Positions 8,962 to 19,800 of a stretch of DNA of 64,000 nt are shown piece by piece. Numbering within the stretch: the first letter of the stretch is position 1; every line of letters begins with the position of its first letter. A program made the position numbers and the translations under genes. The stretch comes from Fibrobacteria bacterium (GTDB lineage Bacteria; Fibrobacterota; Fibrobacteria; UBA11236; JADFYW01): the NCBI GenBank assembly GCA_015232855.1, contig JADFYW010000004.1, forward strand, positions 21,488-85,487, read 5' to 3'. A model generated the notes under the pieces. It saw only the letters and a list, made by a program, of their open reading frames with translations, did no database searches and was not told where the DNA came from.

Positions 8962-10635
8962 ATGTGGAACGGTAAACAAACAGCTTTTATACTCGTTATC
9001 TTTCTAATGGCAGGGCATGGTTTATGTGGTAAGATAATCTATCCCTGGCGGGCAACTACAGCAATTGTAAAAGCAGGAGAGAGCTTTACTGTATTTTTTG
9101 ATGCAGAAAGTGGTGAATCAATAGATTCTGTGGTTCTTGTTGGACCTTATAATCGTATTACTCAATCTTCTCTAAATATTGAAACAGGAGACTTTGTATA
9201 TGATGCGTTAACCAGTGCAGCGTATAATACACAGATAACGGTTCCTGTTGAGGCTTCTGCTCCATCAGAATTATATACCCTGATTTTATACACTACCAAA
9301 GGTGAACAATTTTCAAAAAGTGCGGTTAAGGTTGTTAAAGCTTATAAAACCAGCTATACCATAATGCATATGTCTGATACTCATATCAGCAGGCATAAAA
9401 AAAACGGATATGCTCAGGAGCTTGAATGGTTCACCAATTTAGTTGATATAGCTAATATTATAGGGCCTGACTTAGTGTTTATCACCGGTGATTGCAGTAA
9501 TGAACTTACTGAAAATGGCGATTTTTCCGCAGAGGAGCGATGGGATTTTGTTTATAATGGACATGAAAATTTACAGGGCTTTCATGGTATTCATTCACCG
9601 GTATTTACACTCCCCGGTAATCACGACTACTATAAAACCAGTAATGGAGCAGCCTACTGGAATACCCATAACGGAATAAGGATGCACCATTTTACTTTTG
9701 GAGAGAGTAGATACATGGTGCTTGATAACTCACAAGGCGATGATCTTGCTGCACAATTAAGTCATCATCAATCCTGGTTGGATAGTGTTGGCCCTGGCAG
9801 TTTTCGTGGAATGGCAGAACATAAAACAGACCGGGTCGATCATGATTTTCTGGATAACAATAATGTACAACTTATTATGGAAGGACATACCCATTTAGTC
9901 TGGCAAATGCCTGATCAAAGTAGTACGGGTTTCCGGGGAACAACTCCCACACTCTATTCAATACCCGGGAGTGCCAGTAATATTACTTCTGCTACTGGTC
10001 GTGATAATATCGGATGGTTTCGTTTGCTTTATGTAAATGGTGCTTCTGTTGATACGATTACACGATTACAGTATGCCGATAACACTGAAGAAGACCCATC
10101 ACAACATAACGTAAAATTGAGAATTGAATATAGTGGAGATGGTGAAGGCAATCAAACGGGGAACCAGGCTTCAATTATAAATGAATTTGATCAGGAATTC
10201 CCAAATTGTCTGGTACGGTTTGTGTTGCCCAAAGGAAATTATGATGTGTCAGCAGGCACCATCGAACAAGTCATTCAAAATGATACCGTAACTGTTTTAG
10301 ATGTAAGAATGGACATACAAGCAAATAGTACGGTTCAATGTTCAGTTTCGGTGTCTGATGTTCAATCTGTTTCTGATCAGAGTGGTGTACCTGAATCATT
10401 TACCCTGTTTAGTTTTAAAGGGGAAATCGTCTCAATACCTGGTTCGGTGGGGGCCCGGGAACCGGTGAGTATTTTTGATATTAATGGAACGCTTATAAAG
10501 CGTATTAAAAAATCAGGGGAGTATCTTACCTGGGATCTTACCAACAAGTATAACAACCAGGTGCAGGAAGGCCTTTATGTTATTATGCCATTTAAGAAAA
10601 AGCTGTATGTAACTGCAGACGATGTTGTGTTTTAA
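8962..10635 (+). CDS. Secreted calcineurin-like metallophosphoesterase with C-terminal sorting/FlgD-like domain
   Basis: SDTH, TGD, PGNHD and EGHTH motifs; C-terminal IFDINGTLIK...WDLTNKYNNQVQEGLY. Confidence 0.8.
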   Translation: MWNGKQTAFILVIFLMAGHGLCGKIIYPWRATTAIVKAGESFTVFFDAESGESIDSVVLVGPYNRITQSSLNIETGDFVYDALTSAAYNTQITVPVEASAPSELYTLILYTTKGEQFSKSAVKVVKAYKTSYTIMHMSDTHISRHKKNGYAQELEWFTNLVDIANIIGPDLVFITGDCSNELTENGDFSAEERWDFVYNGHENLQGFHGIHSPVFTLPGNHDYYKTSNGAAYWNTHNGIRMHHFTFGESRYMVLDNSQGDDLAAQLSHHQSWLDSVGPGSFRGMAEHKTDRVDHDFLDNNNVQLIMEGHTHLVWQMPDQSSTGFRGTTPTLYSIPGSASNITSATGRDNIGWFRLLYVNGASVDTITRLQYADNTEEDPSQHNVKLRIEYSGDGEGNQTGNQASIINEFDQEFPNCLVRFVLPKGNYDVSAGTIEQVIQNDTVTVLDVRMDIQANSTVQCSVSVSDVQSVSDQSGVPESFTLFSFKGEIVSIPGSVGAREPVSIFDINGTLIKRIKKSGEYLTWDLTNKYNNQVQEGLYVIMPFKKKLYVTADDVVF

Positions 10636-10670
10636 AAATAAATCTGATGAAAAGTAATAAAGGGGGAAAT

Positions 10671-12182
10671 ATGTATCTTGTAAAAAAAATCCATACCAAA
10701 AGAAATTTTTGGTTAATTGTGGTGTTTTGTATTTTAGCCATGCTGGCGATTGGCGACCGGCCGGTTTATGCCCAGGCAGATACAACGTTATATCTTCACG
10801 GGCAACTGGTCCCAAATCCCCAATACCCAAAATGGTTGGTGAGATGGGATTCGGTATCACATAACCATGAACCGGTTATGATTGTGGGCCCGGGTGATCC
10901 CGAAAGTTTTCTTTTTCTGGACAAACGGGAAGAAATGATCGATCGTATTGCAGAATACGGTGGTGATTGTCTCTATATAATGGCTGATGCTACCGGAGAT
11001 ACCAAGGGTGCAGAAGCATATGTTAACGGTGATGCCCGACAAGGGTATGAACCAGAAACTCTGGACGATTGGGAAAGGGTTTTAAGCAAAGCGGATTCTA
11101 ATAATATTGTCATTGTATTCTTTTTTTATGATGATGATATTAATCCCTTTGGTACCAGTTATACTGTTTCTGAAGATGAAGAAAGAAATATTAAGCAATT
11201 GGTACAGCGATTTGACCATTTGAAAAACCTTGTTTGGGTCCAGGGAGAAGAGGCAACTGAAAAGAAAAACCACTTGCGCGGCAAAGACTGGGCAGACAAG
11301 GTTCGTCAATATGACCGGCATGACCATATTATAGGTATGCATGCTTTTTCTATGATGGATGGGAGCCAATTTCGGGAAGCGGTAAAATATTTTGGTGCTG
11401 CTGATGCCAGTAATGTTGAGCAGTTAACAGCAAAGTGTTCAACTGCTGATGAGGATGCATATCATAATTGCATAGTGAATATGTTTGAGCAATTCCGTCC
11501 CGATATGCATGTAAATATTTCCGAAAATACCCGCTCAGGTCGCGATGATGAATGGAGAACATTAATGTGGTCAGGAACTATGGGTGGAGCTGCTATCCAT
11601 ATGCAATTGCGTACAGACATTCTTAATGCCAAAGATCAGGAACTCATCGATTATCGAAATATGAAAAACTTTTTTGAAGCTACAGATTTCACCCTCACCG
11701 TGCCCAAAGACGAGGTTATAAGTGGTGATACCAAATACGCTCTCGCCGGTGGTGACAGTGTATTTATCGGATGGTCTAAAACGGCAAGCAGTGCTATGGG
11801 CTTTTCGGGTATGAAAACCGGAGTGTATAGCTTAAAATGGTATGATGTGGTTACAGGCGAAATGAGTTATGAAGACAGTGTGGAGGTCACTTCTGCTGAA
11901 ACGACATTTCCACTGCCTGATGGATTGAGTGGAGAAGTTGCTCTTTACGCTCGTCTGGGTGTATTTGCCGATACCGCAGAAGTGGTTGGAGTTAGTCAAA
12001 TAGGTATAAATAAGCATGTTCAATCCAATGGGTACCAGAAAGCCGTTTTTATGAACGGTGCAACAATAGACGTAAAGGATCAGAATATAATGCTCTATGA
12101 CATTGAGGGAAAAGCTGTACCTGCATCGGTGGTGCACAATGGAAAGTTAAACGGTGTGTATTTTATTAAACAGAATAAATAG
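10671..12182 (+). CDS. Secreted glycoside-hydrolase-like (DUF4038-like TIM barrel) protein with beta-sandwich and C-terminal sorting-like domain
   Basis: Signal peptide, NLVWVQGEE putative acid/base motif, YSLKWYD beta domain, YDIEGK...GVYFIK tail; ATG at 10671 follows AGGGGG RBS. Confidence 0.55.
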   Translation: MYLVKKIHTKRNFWLIVVFCILAMLAIGDRPVYAQADTTLYLHGQLVPNPQYPKWLVRWDSVSHNHEPVMIVGPGDPESFLFLDKREEMIDRIAEYGGDCLYIMADATGDTKGAEAYVNGDARQGYEPETLDDWERVLSKADSNNIVIVFFFYDDDINPFGTSYTVSEDEERNIKQLVQRFDHLKNLVWVQGEEATEKKNHLRGKDWADKVRQYDRHDHIIGMHAFSMMDGSQFREAVKYFGAADASNVEQLTAKCSTADEDAYHNCIVNMFEQFRPDMHVNISENTRSGRDDEWRTLMWSGTMGGAAIHMQLRTDILNAKDQELIDYRNMKNFFEATDFTLTVPKDEVISGDTKYALAGGDSVFIGWSKTASSAMGFSGMKTGVYSLKWYDVVTGEMSYEDSVEVTSAETTFPLPDGLSGEVALYARLGVFADTAEVVGVSQIGINKHVQSNGYQKAVFMNGATIDVKDQNIMLYDIEGKAVPASVVHNGKLNGVYFIKQNK

Positions 12183-12213
12183 AACGTGAGCACTAAGAAT
12201 TTAAAGCTAGTAA

Positions 12214-12357
12214 AACAGTCATTCCGGCTTGCACCCCTAGGGCAGGCTTCGCGCTCCGGAATCAAGGCTATAGCCAGTTTATTCCATATTTTACCAAATT
12301 AAAAATTGAAAAATCATATCCGCTATTTTCCTGATTCCGGACAAGCTGGAATGACAG
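12214..12357. repeat. Inverted pair of GTCATTCC-family REP-like palindromes
   Basis: cagtcattccggcttg...tccggaatca and cctgattccggacaagctggaatgac, the same family as at 25248-25614 and 40631-40805. Confidence 0.75.
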
Positions 12358-12417
12358 GAATAATAACTATAACTTATCGAATTAATAAGTAACAGAGATA
12401 CAATTTAGGAGGAAAAA

Positions 12418-13749
12418 ATGATCAGAGTACTTGTTTTAACAATAATGCTTTTGCCTGTTTCAATGCTGGCATTAGAATATACCTTTCCGGGAACAACCTG
12501 GGAAACAGCAACTCCTGAAGAAGTTGGGCTTGATGCAGGGGCCGTCAATACAGCTGCTTCTCAGCTAGGCGGGCATGGGGCTATTATTCGTTACGGATAT
12601 GTAGTTAAAGTATGGGGTAGTAGCGGTTTAGCTGCTTCTACTGATTGGGCTTCATCATGTAAACCTATTTTCTCATTGATGATCTGGAAGGCTATTCATG
12701 ACGGTAAAGTAGAAAGCTTTCAGACTCTGGTAAAAGACATTATGACCGACCAAACCTTTAATGAAAAAGATTCAAAAATTCAACTGTACCATCTTGCTCA
12801 TATGACATCAGGGTGGGGCAGGGCGGAGGACCCCGGTGATGCTTTTTCGTATAACGACTGGGCTATTAATCTTTATGGTAAGGCTGTGTACCATTATATT
12901 TTTAAAGAATCCGGGACGACGCCATCTGAAATTATGCAGAGCGAACTTTCTATGCTTCAGTTTGAACATGATCCCGGCTTACATGAAACCAAAGTTGGTC
13001 GTTGGGCTGATGTTTCTGTTGGCGATGCTGGTCGCATGGCTCATTTGTTTTTGAATGATGGTAACTGGAATGGAACACAGGTGATAAATAAAGGAGAAAT
13101 TTATAATATGTTAGGTCAGGTTGTTCCCGCTGATTTGCCCATAACCAAAGCTGAAGGTGATATGAGTTTTAATTCCGGAACTCTGGGTGGCCGGAGTACG
13201 TATCAAAACGATGGTAATATGGGGCCGGGAAGTTATTCCTTTAACTTTTGGTTAAATGCGAACAAAAAATTATGGCCGGATCTTGATACCAATGTATTTC
13301 AGGGTAATGGGCATTTTGGAAGGGAAAATTATACCATTTTCCCCAATGAACAGCTCATCGTCATTCATTATGGTAATACGTTCAGTAACTCACAAATGAA
13401 TTCCAGATACAAACCTCTTCTCGAAGGAGTAACGAGTAATCCTATTGAACCCATAAATGAAATTGGGCCGGCACCGGTTAATATTCAAGAGACGCAAGCA
13501 GCCAAAAATAAGACCATTAATATATATTCAACCTCCCAAAAGTCAGGGCTTGTTCTTGGTCTGCCTGTGTTCTCTGGTATTGGAAAACTGAGAATCGTTA
13601 ATACCCAGGGGTTAACTCTTGTACAGGAACGTGTACATTCCGGGGATAAATTCAACTGGGATACCAAACAAATAAAACCAGGTGTGTATTTTGCAGAACT
13701 GAATGCAGAAGGACTAAAGGTTCGTCGAAAACTTACTTTGACTCATTAA
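12418..13749 (+). CDS. Secreted serine hydrolase (beta-lactamase-related family) with C-terminal sorting-like domain
   Basis: FPG..W....PEEVGLD start, SxxK (SSCK), PG..FSYND, LFLNDGNWNGTQVI, C-terminal PGVYF. Confidence 0.8.
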   Translation: MIRVLVLTIMLLPVSMLALEYTFPGTTWETATPEEVGLDAGAVNTAASQLGGHGAIIRYGYVVKVWGSSGLAASTDWASSCKPIFSLMIWKAIHDGKVESFQTLVKDIMTDQTFNEKDSKIQLYHLAHMTSGWGRAEDPGDAFSYNDWAINLYGKAVYHYIFKESGTTPSEIMQSELSMLQFEHDPGLHETKVGRWADVSVGDAGRMAHLFLNDGNWNGTQVINKGEIYNMLGQVVPADLPITKAEGDMSFNSGTLGGRSTYQNDGNMGPGSYSFNFWLNANKKLWPDLDTNVFQGNGHFGRENYTIFPNEQLIVIHYGNTFSNSQMNSRYKPLLEGVTSNPIEPINEIGPAPVNIQETQAAKNKTINIYSTSQKSGLVLGLPVFSGIGKLRIVNTQGLTLVQERVHSGDKFNWDTKQIKPGVYFAELNAEGLKVRRKLTLTH

Positions 13750-13772
13750 TATCAATTCAAAGCACACACAAC

Positions 13773-13920
13773 TCAACGCAAAGGCGCAAAGAACGCGAAG
13801 GTTTCGCAAAGGTACTTGAAATAAAATTAAATGATATCCTAATATTTTATATAATGTTATGATTTTTACCATTTCTTTTTTCTTTGCGAATACTTTGCGT
13901 CCTCTGCGCCTTTGCGGTGA
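13773..13920. repeat. MITE-like element with ~39-bp CGCAAAG-rich terminal inverted repeats (copy 1)
   Basis: tcaacgcaaaggcgcaaagaacgcgaaggtttcgcaaag ... ctttgcgaatactttgcgtcctctgcgcctttgcggtga, with AT-rich interior. Confidence 0.75.
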
Positions 13921-13943
13921 AAAGGGTTCGTTTTGAACGGTAA

Positions 13944-14471
13944 CTAACTCGTCTGGTTTGCAGCAATTGCTATTTTTGCACAGGCCAGCGCATCACTCAT
14001 GGCATCATGATGATTTAACGGGATACCAAGGAAATCACATACATCCGGCAATTTGGTGGGATAGAGGTTCCAGGTATTCCTTGCCAGTTTTACGGTACAT
14101 TCAAAGGGAATATCTGGTGGCGCTAGATCTGCACTACGACAGCAGGCTTTGAGGACCGACTTATCAAATGATGCATTATGAGCAGCAAGATAATCCGCTC
14201 CTTCGAGTAAAGGTGACAGTTCTGGCCATATTTCTGCGAAGACAGGCTCATCGGCTACCTGTGGCCAGGTAATGCCGTGAATATAGGTGAACAGTATTTT
14301 TTTACGTGGCGGCCTGATAAGGCGATAGTCTGTTTGAACTATCTGGTTGTTTTCAACCTTTACCAGGGCCACGGCACAGGCACTGTCCCGATAACGATCT
14401 GCAGTCTCAAAATCAATGGCTACAAAATTATTTGGTGTTGTTTCTGATTTTGCTTTTGACACATCAGTCAA
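13944..14471 (-). CDS. DEDDh 3'-5' exonuclease (DnaQ-like)
   Basis: AIDFET, AHNASFD, HHDAMSDA. Confidence 0.9.
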   Translation of the reverse strand: MTDVSKAKSETTPNNFVAIDFETADRYRDSACAVALVKVENNQIVQTDYRLIRPPRKKILFTYIHGITWPQVADEPVFAEIWPELSPLLEGADYLAAHNASFDKSVLKACCRSADLAPPDIPFECTVKLARNTWNLYPTKLPDVCDFLGIPLNHHDAMSDALACAKIAIAANQTS

Positions 14472-14830
14472 TATAATAATAAAGCAACCATATTCTCTTT
14501 GCAGGATAGAGTCTTATCAAAAAACCGTAAACAAAAACCTATGGGAAAAGATGGTTCTGCTTTAAACTGAGTTACGGCGTGTGGATGGTAAGATATGATT
14601 TTATTGTTTTGAGCTAATCAAATCACCATATATTTCCGATAAATTGAGGAGTATTTGAATTAGGTAGTAATATTTTAGGATAATTAAAATAAACACCAAA
14701 GCACTAGTACAACTTGAGTTGTTTAAAGGATTGTAACTTGTTTAAGACAAAAGACTTACTATCTAAAATAGGTTTCAGGTATTTGATTCTTTGTTTTATT
14801 TGTTTCAGAATGCTGGCTGGAGATTAATAG

Positions 14831-15820
14831 TTGAACTTCGAAAATAACGATCAGAACTCACATCCAGGTATTGTAGACAAGGCCTATCCAACCGGTGCAT
14901 CTCCCTTTCTTGACCGTGAAAACTCTGAAAATTTCAGGAATGACGAGTCTGGATCGGAAAATTCATTTTATCCCCATGATACTAAACAACAGAACCAAAA
15001 TCCCTTATCAGCAATTTTTGGGCGATTCATGAAAAGAATCTGGAAGTTGGCTCTTAGCTGGCTGCTTGTCCTCAGCGCCCTTTTTGTTGTATTTATAATG
15101 GTTGATTTTGAATATAAGGTCTCTGGTCATGTAAAAATTATGCCCATGAAAACATGGAAAGTGTATGCTCATGCAGATGGTATCATTGCAAAAGTACCGT
15201 TCAATCCCGGAAAGGTGGTAATGAAAGGGGATACCCTGTTTAGTTTTAAAAGGGATGAACTTTTGCGGGAACACAAAAAGCAGGAAAATAACCTGGCTAT
15301 TTTAAGTGGAAAGTACGGAAAGAACCCAAATAAAATGCAACGATTGAAAATTGATAAAGAGAAACTTGTTTTATCAGATATCGAAGCCGATTTACGAGCT
15401 ACCGTAGTATGTGCCCCGATTTCCGGGAGATTACGAAAGGGAAATACCAGAGTTCTGGCAGGCAAAAAGGTTAGAAGAGGTGATGAGCTGGCCGAGGTAG
15501 TGGCCTTGACTCGTTTGAAGCTGAAAATATTGGTACCGGAAGATGATATTAATTTGGTGAAAACCGGGCAAACACTGGCCTTCAGGTTGCGGGCTATGCC
15601 CGAACAACTGTATTATGGGATAATCAAACAGATTTCTTATGAAACAGTCATCATAAATGGAGATACTTTTTATGAGGTCTTTGCGGCGATACAAAAAAAT
15701 GCGATTGGTTTACGGGCCGGGCTGACCGGTCGCGGGAAGATTACTACGGATAAGCGTTCTGTTCTTTCACGGCTTATTGAAAAACCGAAAAGGTTTTTTT
15801 TGCTGTACTTTAAACTGTGA
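14831..15820 (+). CDS. HlyD/efflux periplasmic adaptor-family protein
   Basis: TM anchor, lipoyl-like halves (DGIIAKV...G..V.KGD.L; APISG...V.RGD.L), beta barrel VPEDDINLVKTGQ, LRAGLTG. Confidence 0.8.
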   Translation: MNFENNDQNSHPGIVDKAYPTGASPFLDRENSENFRNDESGSENSFYPHDTKQQNQNPLSAIFGRFMKRIWKLALSWLLVLSALFVVFIMVDFEYKVSGHVKIMPMKTWKVYAHADGIIAKVPFNPGKVVMKGDTLFSFKRDELLREHKKQENNLAILSGKYGKNPNKMQRLKIDKEKLVLSDIEADLRATVVCAPISGRLRKGNTRVLAGKKVRRGDELAEVVALTRLKLKILVPEDDINLVKTGQTLAFRLRAMPEQLYYGIIKQISYETVIINGDTFYEVFAAIQKNAIGLRAGLTGRGKITTDKRSVLSRLIEKPKRFFLLYFKL

Positions 15821-15913
15821 TTTTGGAATAAATTTATTGCCTGAAGTCACTGTTTTTTACATAATCTCACTTTCTAATCTGCCAAATATTGTTACTATTA
15901 CCGTGGCTATTAA

Positions 15914-16657
15914 TTGAGCAGCAACATGAAAATTTTATATAAGCTTTGGGTCGTAACAATTATACTGACATATCTGTTTGCTCAGTATCTCTGGTTTCGT
16001 TGCATTCAAATCTTTAAAGAACGAAAATTTCAGCAGGACTGGATTGAACATAATGTTATCATCTGGGGACTAGCCTGCTCAAAGTTACTTCGTCTGGACT
16101 GTAAAGTATATGGCCATGATGTTCTGAGTCGTCTAAAATGGGAACGGAATATATTCCTGGTTGCAAATCACCAGTCCTATGCTGATATACCAGCCCTATA
16201 CGTGGCTTCACAGAAAATGTATGGTTTTGTTGCCAAGTACGAACTTAAACGTATTCCTTTTCTCAGTTTCTGGATGCGTGTACAAGGTTGTGTTTTTATT
16301 AACCGGTCCAAATCAATCCAGACGATCAAAAAATTGCGGCGACTCGAAAAGCAGGGTAAATCATGTAACCTCGCTATCTTCCCCGAAGGTACTCGCAGTA
16401 AAGACGGGCAGCTTGGACCGTTTAAACCCGGAATTCTTAGAATCGCCTGGCAGCTTGATGCGGTGCTTGTCCCGGTTGTTATTAAAGGTACCAGGGCTGC
16501 CTGGGAAAACAGGGAAAAAATAAACCAGGACTATCCGGTAAACGTCCGTTTCAATACTGAAATTGATCTCAGAGTCGAAAAGAAAACAAAGAAATTTGAC
16601 CAATGGCAAAAAGAATTCTACGAGCAATATCAGATCCTGCACGCCAGTTTGAATTAG
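15914..16657 (+). CDS. plsC: 1-acyl-sn-glycerol-3-phosphate acyltransferase (PlsC family)
   Basis: NHQSYAD, FINRS, FPEGTRS; start may be the ATG at 15926. Confidence 0.85.
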   Translation: MSSNMKILYKLWVVTIILTYLFAQYLWFRCIQIFKERKFQQDWIEHNVIIWGLACSKLLRLDCKVYGHDVLSRLKWERNIFLVANHQSYADIPALYVASQKMYGFVAKYELKRIPFLSFWMRVQGCVFINRSKSIQTIKKLRRLEKQGKSCNLAIFPEGTRSKDGQLGPFKPGILRIAWQLDAVLVPVVIKGTRAAWENREKINQDYPVNVRFNTEIDLRVEKKTKKFDQWQKEFYEQYQILHASLN

Positions 16658-16874
16658 TCCTTTATTAATTAAGAAGACAGGGATAGGATCCCGGCATCTT
16701 TTGTTTTTTTGCGGCAGGCCAGACCTGTAACTTGTGTCCTTAGAGAAAATTGTTAATACTGTTATTTTGGGCTAAAAAAACTGCTGCGTAGTCTCTCAAA
16801 TTTTGCTAAATTGCCAAAGAAGCGTGAGCTGATTAATTAACCATTAATAGTGAATAAACAGGAGTCAATATTAA

Positions 16875-19800
16875 ATGATCAATATTTCCATTACCCTCGA
16901 TGGCCAGAAACTATCAATTGAGAATAATCAAACCATTCTTGATGTATGCCGTCAAAACGGGAAAGAAATTCCAGCTTTCTGTGATAGCGACCAATTAGAA
17001 CCTATAGGTACTTGCCGGATATGTGTTGTAGAAGCTGTTGGAGAGGGACTGATAACATCCTGCAACACTAAGGTTCGTGATGGCATGATCATTTTAACAG
17101 ATAGTGAAAAAGTTATTGAATCCCGTAAAAAAACGCTGGAAACGCTTTTATCCCGGCATTATGCTGATTGTACGGCTCCTTGCCAGGATGCTTGCCCAGC
17201 CGGTATCGATATTCAGGGTTATCTTGCCCTCATTCGCAGGGGATCCTTTGCCGAGGCTGTTCAGCTTATCAAAGAACGCTTGCCATTACCGGGCATTATA
17301 GGACGCGTTTGCCCCCGTCCCTGTGAATCCGCGTGTCGTCGTACTCTGGTAGACGAACCTATTGCTATTTGTCAGCTCAAACGCTTTGTAGCTGATTCTG
17401 AATTATTAAACCAAGGTATACCAACACCTGACTCTGTTACTTCCAGCGGAAAAAAGGTAGCCATTATTGGTTCGGGCCCGGCAGGGCTTTCTGCTGCCTA
17501 TTATCTTAGGCGTAATGGGCATGATGTAACCATTTACGAGTCGCTTCCAAAACCCGGTGGAATGCTTAGATACGGTATTCCTGATTATCGCCTTCCACCC
17601 GATATTCTGGATAAAGAAATTAATGCCATAACTGACATGGGGGTAGAGCTCATTACCGGAAAATCTTTGGGTAGTGACTTCAGTGTTGAGTCATTGAAGA
17701 AAGATGGCTTTAATGCTGTGTTCCTGGCAATAGGGGCCCATAACAGTTATAAGCTTAAATTAGAGGGCGAAGAGTCAGAGGGCGTGTTTCCCGGAACAGA
17801 TTTTTTGCGTCAGTTCACCATGGGTGAATCCATTGAAATTGGTGATAAGGTTGCCGTATTGGGAGGTGGCAATACCGCTATTGACGCTGCACGTACCGCG
17901 CTTCGCATGGGAGCAGCGGAGGTTACCATTGTTTATCGTCGTACCCGTGCAGAGATGCCCGCCAGCAGCTGGGAAATTGATGAGGCTGAGGAAGAAGGCG
18001 TTAAACTGCATTTTCTCACAGGCCCGATCCGGATTGTTACTGAAGAAGGGCGGGCAACTGGTATCGAATGCATTAAAATGGAATTGGGACAAGCTGATAA
18101 AAGTGGTCGCCCACGTCCACAGCCCGTTGAGGGCTCCGAATTCATTATTCCTGTTACCGCTGTCATTCCAGCTATTGGTCAGGGGCCGGATATATCTCCG
18201 GTTAAGGATACAGAACTGCAATTTTCCAGATGGGGAACCATTGATGCTGATGAACATTCTCAGGTCACTAATATTGAAGGTGTTTTTTCTGGTGGTGATT
18301 GTCAGACCGGCGCTGCAACCGCAGTAGAAGCTATTGCTGCTGGTAGACGTGCAGCTAACGGTATTCATGCTTATCTTAAAGGAAAAACACTGGTCCCAGA
18401 AAAGGTGTACAACGCTTCAAAGGGAAAGCTAAATGAACTTGAAGGCAGAGAAGAATTTGCTCAAATAGAAAAAAAATCCAGGCTTGCAATGCCTTTGAAC
18501 CATCCAAAATCACTCAAAAATAATTTTGAAGAATTAGAAAAGGGTTTTGCTGAGGCGGGAGCTATAGAGGAAGCTGGCCGTTGTCTGGAATGTGGTTGTA
18601 AGGCTAACTATTATTGTGATTTACGTCGGTGGTCTGCAGAATATGGTATGACTACCCAACCTGAACCGGTTGATGTAAATTCATATCCCAGGCTTAATCC
18701 TCACCCCTTTATTGAAGCTGACAGGAACAAGTGCATCTCCTGTACTCTTTGCCAAAGAATGTGTCATGACGTAGAAGGTATAGGTGTACTTGGTATTGAT
18801 TACCGGATTGATCCTTTACCTTTTGAACAGCCACTAGGCTCAACAGCATGTGAATCCTGTGGGCAATGTGTTGGGAGTTGCCCAGTGGGGGCTCTGGTTG
18901 TCAAAAACGGCCTTAAGCCAGAAAGGGAAGTAAAAACGACCTGTACATTCTGTGGTTGTGGTTGCGGTATTTACCTTGGAGTGCGCGGCAATGAAGTTGT
19001 GTATGTAAGAGGGGATGAAGAAAACCCCGTAAACAAAGGAAATTTATGCGTAAAGGGGCGTTTTGGAAATGATTTTATAAATCACCCTGATCGTCTTACG
19101 ACTCCGCTTATTCGGGAGAACGGGAAACTTCGTGAAGCATCCTGGAAAGAAGCAATGACACTCATTGCCGAAAAGCTTCCCCAGTTTAAGGGTGAAGCCT
19201 TCGTGGGTTTCTCTTCTGCTCGATGTACAAACGAAGATAACTACATCTTCCAAAAATTTGTCCGCAAGGTAATGGGAACAAACAATATTGATCACTGTGC
19301 CAGGCTCTGTCATGCTCCGTCAGTGGCCGGTCTTGCGCAAAGTTTGGGAAGTGGTGCTATGACCAATTCCATGGGCGAGATAGGGAAGGCCTCTACGATT
19401 TTTGCTATTGGTACCAATACCACATCTGCTCATCCTATTATTGGCCTTGAAGTGAAAAAAGCAGTGAAAAATGGAGCAGTGCTTATTGTAGCGAATCCCA
19501 AGCGGATTGATTTATGTCGTTTTGCCGATGTATTTCTGCAGCATAAACCAGGCACTGATGTCGCACTGGTTATGGGGATGGCTAATGCTGTTATTGAAGC
19601 GGGACTTGCTGATGAATCATTTATAAAGGACCGTACAGAAAATTATGCGGCTTTTATGGAATCTCTTAAGGCTTTTACTCCCGAGTTTGTAGAAAAAACT
19701 ACGGGCGTTCCCTGGACACTGATACAAAAAGCAGCAAAAATATATGCATCCAGTAAACCATCTTCCATTTTGTACTCAATGGGAATTACCCAGCATACTC

